Below are positions 56,788 through 64,000 of a stretch of 64,000 bases of DNA, one piece after another (within the stretch, counting starts at the first letter, position 1; each line of letters begins with the position of its first letter). The stretch comes from an uncultured bacterium (GTDB lineage Bacteria; Cloacimonadota; Cloacimonadia; Cloacimonadales; TCS61): assembly GCA_965370415.1 (NCBI GenBank), contig CBDUTJ010000003.1, positions 22,165-86,164 on the forward strand. Direction: 5' to 3'. Made by a program: the position numbers and the translations under genes. The notes below the pieces were generated by a model that saw nothing but the letters and a program-made list of their open reading frames with translations, was not told the origin of the DNA and searched no databases.

Positions 56788-58515
56788 ATGAATAAAAAAA
56801 TAATATTTGATAGAAACCTCATATATAAGGACAGCAGTTTCAATTTCATAGGGAGTGATGAACCGGGTGGTAAAGCTTCCAGTCTGATCTTGATGAAAGA
56901 TACAATAGATTCTGTTTTTAAAGATAATAAATACAATGATATAACTGTTGATATTCCGCAAATGACAGTTATTTTAACGGATATCTTCGATATTTTCATG
57001 AAAGAAAATGACCTTTATGATCTTGCCTTATCCGATCAATCTGATGATATTATTGCAAATGCTTTCCAGAAAGCAAGTTTACCGGCTTTCATCGATGGTG
57101 ACTTATTCAGTCTTATTTCTAAAATTCATAAACCTCTGGCTATTCGGTCCTCAAGCCTGTTCGAAGATAAAATGTATGAACCTCTTGCCGGAATTTTTGA
57201 AACAAAAATGATCCCTAATAATCAATTTGATACTAAAACTCGTTTCAATAAATTAGTAGAAGCAATAAAATTTGTTTATGCTTCCACTTTTTTCAGCAGT
57301 TCCAAGAATTATTTCAAAGCAATAAAAAAAGATATTAAACAAGAAAAAATGGCTGTTGTAATTCAGGAAATAGTTGGTGAAAAATATGGAGATAGATTTT
57401 ATCCGGCTATATCCGGTGTTGCCAGATCGTACAATTTCTATCCCACGGGAAAATCTAAACCGGAAGGCGGAGTGATAAGCCTTGCTTTAGGTTTGGGAAA
57501 ATCAATTGTAGACGGGGGGAAGGTATGGAATTATTCACCGGAATTTCCCACTGCTCCACCACCTTATAATTCTACAAATGATATGTTGAAGATGACTCAA
57601 ACTGAGTTTTGGTCTGTTAATATGGGGAAATCTTCTGAATACGATCCCATTAAAGAAACAGAATACCTCGAGAAGCACACGCTGAAGGAAGCAGAAGAAG
57701 ACGATATTATTAAAAACATCTGTTCTACCTATGATCTTCAATCCGACCGTATATATTCCGGAATTTCCGGTTTTGGACCAAGAGTAATTACGTTTGCACC
57801 GATCTTAAAGACAAAGATCATACCTTTGAATGAGATCTTGAAAAAAATAATGAAAGTATCAGAAGAAAAGTTTCAGACCGAAGTTGAAATTGAATTTGCG
57901 ATGTCTTATAAGCCAGATAATATCCAATCTGCCAGATTTGGTTTTTTACAGGTAAGACCCATGGTTGTCTCAAATAAATTTGTTGAAGTTCATATCGAAG
58001 ATTACAAACAGGAGAAGATATTTATTTATTCCAATCATATTATGGGAAATGGTGTTAATGATACCATCAAGGATATTGTATTTATCAAACCAAACGATTT
58101 CCGGGCGGAGTATACAAGAGCAATGGCAAAGGAAATTGAGCAGATCAATTCTTCTCTAACCGATAAAAATATCAATTACATACTAATTGGTTTTGGCAGG
58201 TGGGGATCTTCAGATCCATGGTTAGGAATTCCTGTTGTCTGGAATCAAATATCCGGTGCAAAAGTTATTGTGGAATCCAGCCTGCCGGACATGAATCCAG
58301 ATTATAGCCAAGGATCTCATTTCTTTCATAATATAACCAGTTTTGGGATTTTTTATTTTTCATGCAAGGGTACACAAAAAATAAAGATTGACTGGAACTG
58401 GCTTTTAAAGCAGAAAATTATTACTGAAACTAAATTCGTGCAGCATGTTCAATTATCATCACCTTTGAAAGTAAAGGTGGATGGTCGCAATGGAACAGGA
58501 GTGATATTAAAATGA
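56788..58515 (+). CDS. PEP synthase/PPDK N-terminal (ATP-grasp) domain protein lacking a pyruvate-binding barrel
   Basis: GGKA, LAIRSSSLFED, MAVVIQE, GLGKSIVDGG, EIEFA..LQVRPM; C-terminal GRWGS...SQGSHFF. Confidence 0.85.
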   Translation: MNKKIIFDRNLIYKDSSFNFIGSDEPGGKASSLILMKDTIDSVFKDNKYNDITVDIPQMTVILTDIFDIFMKENDLYDLALSDQSDDIIANAFQKASLPAFIDGDLFSLISKIHKPLAIRSSSLFEDKMYEPLAGIFETKMIPNNQFDTKTRFNKLVEAIKFVYASTFFSSSKNYFKAIKKDIKQEKMAVVIQEIVGEKYGDRFYPAISGVARSYNFYPTGKSKPEGGVISLALGLGKSIVDGGKVWNYSPEFPTAPPPYNSTNDMLKMTQTEFWSVNMGKSSEYDPIKETEYLEKHTLKEAEEDDIIKNICSTYDLQSDRIYSGISGFGPRVITFAPILKTKIIPLNEILKKIMKVSEEKFQTEVEIEFAMSYKPDNIQSARFGFLQVRPMVVSNKFVEVHIEDYKQEKIFIYSNHIMGNGVNDTIKDIVFIKPNDFRAEYTRAMAKEIEQINSSLTDKNINYILIGFGRWGSSDPWLGIPVVWNQISGAKVIVESSLPDMNPDYSQGSHFFHNITSFGIFYFSCKGTQKIKIDWNWLLKQKIITETKFVQHVQLSSPLKVKVDGRNGTGVILK

Positions 58516-61500
58516 AAAAACAAAGTAAGAATTTAGAGTTATTAATAGAAAATCTCAATGAGAGAGCTAAAGAATTAAACTGTTTATACAATGTTGAAAA
58601 AATCCTGAAAAATTACAACACAGAGCTTGAAAACATCTTTAAGAAACTGATCAAAGTAATTCCACCAGGCTGGCAATATAGCAAAATTTGTAAGGTGAGA
58701 ATCAATTATAAAGATCTGTTATTTCAATCTGTTGGTTTTAAGAAAACAGACTGTTTTCTAAGTGCAAACATAATAGTAGAAAAGAAAATTGTAGGAAAAA
58801 TTCAGGTTTTTTATATTAATACAACTGAATTATGTAAGGATGATCCGTTCTTACCTGACGAAAAAAAATTATTAAATACAATTGCTGAAAGAGCAGGTAA
58901 TTATATTTATCATAAAAAGTTGAAACAAACTATCATAGAACTGGACAACGTAAAAGAAACTATTGAAAGTCATAAAAAAAAGGATTGGAAGATCATTATT
59001 GACCTGATAAAAGCCACTGATTCCAGTTTGTTTTTAAGAATCTCCCGGAAAATGATGAACTATTTATGCTGGATAGGCATAGATAAAGCGAGGGAGTTAC
59101 TACTTTCTTTTGAGGGTGAAGAAAATTCAAAAACCCCTGATTCAACTTTTGATTTAAATATTCCAAGCAAGAAAAGAGATATCGAATCGATGACCGATCT
59201 TAGTGACCAGGTTTTTATAATAGCCTCTGAATATCTGAGTGATGAAGATATATTAAAAAATTTTCAAAAATGGATCCAGGAAGATAAAATAGATTTCTTG
59301 GTTTTAGCACTTGAAAGCCTGGCATCTTCTCTTAATGATATCCAGAATGCTATAAGTCGTTATCGTCATCTTGGTCTTGATAAGACAGAATTATCTTTAA
59401 ATACAAACATAAATATCAATGTTCTATTGATCTACAGGCTTTTTACAGAGCAACTTGAATTCATTAATATAGCAAAAAATTACGTCAATGTTAAAGACTT
59501 CTATTATATTATGCAACACATTGTTTTCCCGCAGAATAGTCATGGCAAATTAGGTGGCAAAAGCGCAGGTATATTTCTTGCTTATAATATTCTGAAAAAT
59601 GCAAAAGGAGACGATGATCAAAGCCTGAATATAAAAATTCCCAAAACCTGGTTTATAACCTCTGATACAATGCAACATTTTCTTCATTATAATAATCTGG
59701 AAGAAGCTTTTGAACAGAAATATAAATCAATAGAACAGATCCGTGAAGAATATGGTAATATCATTCAAATTTTTAAGAATTCTCATTTTCCTAATGATAT
59801 AATAAACGGATTATCACTTGCTTTAGACGATTTTGGAGAGAAGCCAATAGTTGTTAGAAGTTCCAGTTTATTAGAAGACAGAGTGGGAGCAGCATTCTCA
59901 GGAAAATACAAAAGTCTGTTTTTAGCAAACCAGGGCTCCAAAAATGAACGTTTGGATGCATTAATGGATGCTGTAGCAGAAATATATGCTTCCACGTTTG
60001 GACCTGATCCGATCGAATACAGAAAAGAGCGAGGATTACTTGATTTTCATGAAGAGATGGCGTTGATAATCCAAGAAGTTGTAGGAACAAAAGTTGGTGA
60101 TTACTTCTTACCTTCTTATGCAGGAGTTGCCTTCAGTAATAATGAATTCAGGTGGTCACCTAGAATAAAAAGAGAAGATGGATTAGTGCGAATGGTTCCG
60201 GGATTGGGTACAAGATCTGTAGACAGATTAAGCGATGATTATCCAATTTTAACTGCGCCGGGACAACCTAATCTGAAAGTTAATATTACTTCTGATGAGA
60301 TCCTGCGATATTCTCCTCGTCAAATCGATGTTATCAATCTTAAGGAAAATTCTTTTGAAACAATAGAGATAAGGGATTTATTAAAAATATCTGGTAATGA
60401 ATATCCAGTAATAGAAAAAATTGTATCTGTATATGAAGAAAATCGTTTTTCATCTAAACCTTTATTTAATCTTAATTTTAAAGAAGATGACTTAATTGTT
60501 ACATTCAACGGATTGATTTCCGGAACACCTTTTTTGAAAAAAATGAAAAGTGTATTAGATATTCTTCAAGAAAAGACTAACATGCCGGTAGATATTGAGT
60601 TTGCTTCTGATGGAAAGGATTTTTATCTTCTACAATGCAGAGCTCAATGTTATTCCAAAGATAATATCCCATCCGCAATTCCACGAGATATAGCAAAAGA
60701 AAATATTATTTTTAATGCAAAAAAATATGTGTCAAACGGTCAACTTAAGGATATCTCTCATATTGTATATGTCGATCCGGATATGTATAATTCTCTGGAA
60801 ACAATTGAAGAATTAAAATCAGTTGGAAAAGCAGTTGAAAAGATAAATATAGTATTACCCAAAAGGAAATTCATTCTCATGGGACCGGGTAGGTGGGGCA
60901 GCAGAGGAGATATAAAACTTGGAGTCAGTATAACTTATTCGGGTATCAATAACACTGCCATGCTGATCGAGATAGCAAAGAAAAAAGGAAATTATACTCC
61001 GGATTTATCTTTCGGAACTCATTTCTTCCAGGATCTGGTTGAATCCTCAATTAAATATTTACCTTTGTACCCGGATGATAAAGGCATTGCATTTAATGAA
61101 AACTTTTTTACGGAATCTGAAAATATTCTAAGCAATCTGTTACCGGAATTTACTTCATTAGAAAATGTTGTTAGGATTATCGACATAAGAAAAGTGACAG
61201 ATGGGAAAATTCTTAAGATATTGATGAATGCAGATTCGAATGAAGCTTTGGCTTATCTTTCTTTTCCTACTGAAGAAGTTCAAATTACAGAAGACATTGA
61301 ATTATTACCATCTCCTCAATCAGAGAATCACTGGAGATGGAGATCAAATATGGCAGAACAAATTGCAGGTGAACTAAATCCCGGCAGATTTGGGGTTGAA
61401 GGAATTTATATTTTTGGAAGTACCAAAAATGCTGTTGCCGGTCCTGCAAGCGATATAGATCTATTAATACATTTCAGGGGAACCGATGAACAGAAAAAAG

Positions 61501-61697
61501 AACTTTTGAATTGGTTGGAAGGATGGAGCTTGTGTCTGGCTGAAATAAATTATCAGAAAACAGGATTTAAAAGTGATGGATTGCTCGATGTTCATATCAT
61601 TACTGATGATGACATAAAGAAAAAAACAAGCTATGCAATTAAAATCAATGCTGTAACCAATGCAGCTCGTCCTTTGAAAATGAAGGAAATTTCTTAA
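58512..61697 (+). CDS. multidomain protein: GAF-like N-terminus, PPDK_N ATP-grasp domain, C-terminal nucleotidyltransferase domain
   Basis: ERAKELNCLY..PPGWQY..PFLPDE; LGGKSAG, VRSSSLLED, FSGKY, DIEFA..LLQCR, GRWGS, SFGTHFF; FGSTKNAVAGPASDIDLL..LDVH. Confidence 0.85.
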   Translation: MKKQSKNLELLIENLNERAKELNCLYNVEKILKNYNTELENIFKKLIKVIPPGWQYSKICKVRINYKDLLFQSVGFKKTDCFLSANIIVEKKIVGKIQVFYINTTELCKDDPFLPDEKKLLNTIAERAGNYIYHKKLKQTIIELDNVKETIESHKKKDWKIIIDLIKATDSSLFLRISRKMMNYLCWIGIDKARELLLSFEGEENSKTPDSTFDLNIPSKKRDIESMTDLSDQVFIIASEYLSDEDILKNFQKWIQEDKIDFLVLALESLASSLNDIQNAISRYRHLGLDKTELSLNTNININVLLIYRLFTEQLEFINIAKNYVNVKDFYYIMQHIVFPQNSHGKLGGKSAGIFLAYNILKNAKGDDDQSLNIKIPKTWFITSDTMQHFLHYNNLEEAFEQKYKSIEQIREEYGNIIQIFKNSHFPNDIINGLSLALDDFGEKPIVVRSSSLLEDRVGAAFSGKYKSLFLANQGSKNERLDALMDAVAEIYASTFGPDPIEYRKERGLLDFHEEMALIIQEVVGTKVGDYFLPSYAGVAFSNNEFRWSPRIKREDGLVRMVPGLGTRSVDRLSDDYPILTAPGQPNLKVNITSDEILRYSPRQIDVINLKENSFETIEIRDLLKISGNEYPVIEKIVSVYEENRFSSKPLFNLNFKEDDLIVTFNGLISGTPFLKKMKSVLDILQEKTNMPVDIEFASDGKDFYLLQCRAQCYSKDNIPSAIPRDIAKENIIFNAKKYVSNGQLKDISHIVYVDPDMYNSLETIEELKSVGKAVEKINIVLPKRKFILMGPGRWGSRGDIKLGVSITYSGINNTAMLIEIAKKKGNYTPDLSFGTHFFQDLVESSIKYLPLYPDDKGIAFNENFFTESENILSNLLPEFTSLENVVRIIDIRKVTDGKILKILMNADSNEALAYLSFPTEEVQITEDIELLPSPQSENHWRWRSNMAEQIAGELNPGRFGVEGIYIFGSTKNAVAGPASDIDLLIHFRGTDEQKKELLNWLEGWSLCLAEINYQKTGFKSDGLLDVHIITDDDIKKKTSYAIKINAVTNAARPLKMKEIS

Positions 61698-61716
61698 ACG
61701 GAAAACAATCGATAAA

Positions 61717-62580
61717 ATGATTAAATGCTTCTTCGTTTCAGATATTCACGGGAAAATAGATAGATACGAAAAACTATTCAATGAAATAGAAAAAGAACTA
61801 CCTGACATTGTTTTTCTGGGTGGTGACTTGTTGCCCTCAATAGCAGCATTGAATGAATTGTCAGATATCCAGTCCAAAGATTTCGTTAATGAGTACTTAG
61901 TTAAAAAATTTCTGGATCTACAAGCAAATATTGTTGATGATTATCCGGAAGTGTTTCTAATAATGGGAAATGACGATCCAAGAAGTGAGGAAATTTCTTT
62001 TCTGGAAGCAGAAAATTTTGGTATTTGGACTTATGTTCATAATCGAAAAGTAAATTATAAAAAATATCAAATATATGGATATGCGTGTATTCCTCCAAGC
62101 CCTTTCCTGCTGAAAGATTGGGAACGATACGATGTTTCCAGATTTGTAGATGTTGGTTGTGTTCCACCTACCGAAGGTTATAGAACTTATCCTATTTCGG
62201 AACATGAAAAAAAACATTCAACAATAAAAGATGATCTTGAGAAATTAACTCCTGATCAGGATCTTTCGAATTCAATTTTTTTATTTCACGCCCCACCATA
62301 TAAAACAAATCTTGATAGAGCTGCTCTGGATGGACGAATGGTAGATCATGCTCCAGTTGATGTACATGTGGGAAGCATTGCTATAAAAAGATTTATAGAA
62401 GAAAAACAGCCTTTAATTACTCTTCATGGTCATATTCATGAATCTTCCGGTATTACAGGTGTATGGAAGCAAAATATCGAGAAAACTCATCTCTTTTCTG
62501 CAGCTTTCAATAAACCCGAACTGGCGATAATTAAATTCGATCTTGAGAATCCCTCTGAAGCATTCAGGATTTTTTTATAG
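61717..62580 (+). CDS. calcineurin-like metallophosphoesterase
   Basis: SDIHG, GGDL, GNDD, FHAPP, HGHIHE. Confidence 0.9.
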   Translation: MIKCFFVSDIHGKIDRYEKLFNEIEKELPDIVFLGGDLLPSIAALNELSDIQSKDFVNEYLVKKFLDLQANIVDDYPEVFLIMGNDDPRSEEISFLEAENFGIWTYVHNRKVNYKKYQIYGYACIPPSPFLLKDWERYDVSRFVDVGCVPPTEGYRTYPISEHEKKHSTIKDDLEKLTPDQDLSNSIFLFHAPPYKTNLDRAALDGRMVDHAPVDVHVGSIAIKRFIEEKQPLITLHGHIHESSGITGVWKQNIEKTHLFSAAFNKPELAIIKFDLENPSEAFRIFL

Positions 62581-62651
62581 CAAAATAACTAAAATAAAAT
62601 TATAAATTTTATATAGTCAACTAATGCACTTGACAAATAAGTTAAGTTTAA

Positions 62652-64000
<1,349 letters not shown>

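Noticed and set aside
56788-61697. Annotation as ppsA/ppdK, or as one frameshifted gene
   Set aside because: Each ORF has its own complete ATP-grasp motif set, they overlap by ATGA coupling, and neither has a pyruvate-binding domain.

Overview
AT-rich (roughly one-third GC) bacterial chromosome segment, gene-dense and almost all on the + strand. The secreted protein with a C-terminal 'NYPNPFNPTTTISF...GQKVKTLV...SSGIYFYKL' sorting domain suggests an FCB-group anaerobe, probably Candidatus Cloacimonadota (inference). In order: ptsI (3' part), pgi/pmi, metK, glycerate kinase; a ~27-kb co-oriented pyrimidine+purine cluster (pyrD, pyrK, pyrC, pyrE-pyrF fusion, pyrB, pyrI, guaB, purM, purS-L, purQ, purH, purC-purE fusion, purD, purN, guaA) holding three eukaryote-like enzymes and interleaved accessory genes (four-helix-bundle, PNGase-like secreted protein, HEPN-like domain fused to PurQ, PLP enzyme, GxxExxY, SIR2-like); padR-sensor; a stand-alone fusA; a tdh-acpS-acs-ACP-kbl-satP operon; rsmI-ybaB-recR; envelope genes and two porins; and a block gdh / two PEP-synthase-like ATP-grasp proteins (one with a nucleotidyltransferase domain) / metallophosphoesterase / second gdh (partial). 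Intergenic DNA is a mosaic of short palindromic repeat families, including a 30-31 bp element nested inside other repeats. No tRNA, rRNA, CRISPR array, transposase or integrase was seen. Best candidates for undescribed systems: the carrier-protein-linked acetate/glycine/threonine operon and the putative GDH-modifying module. All family calls come from motif recognition, not database searches.
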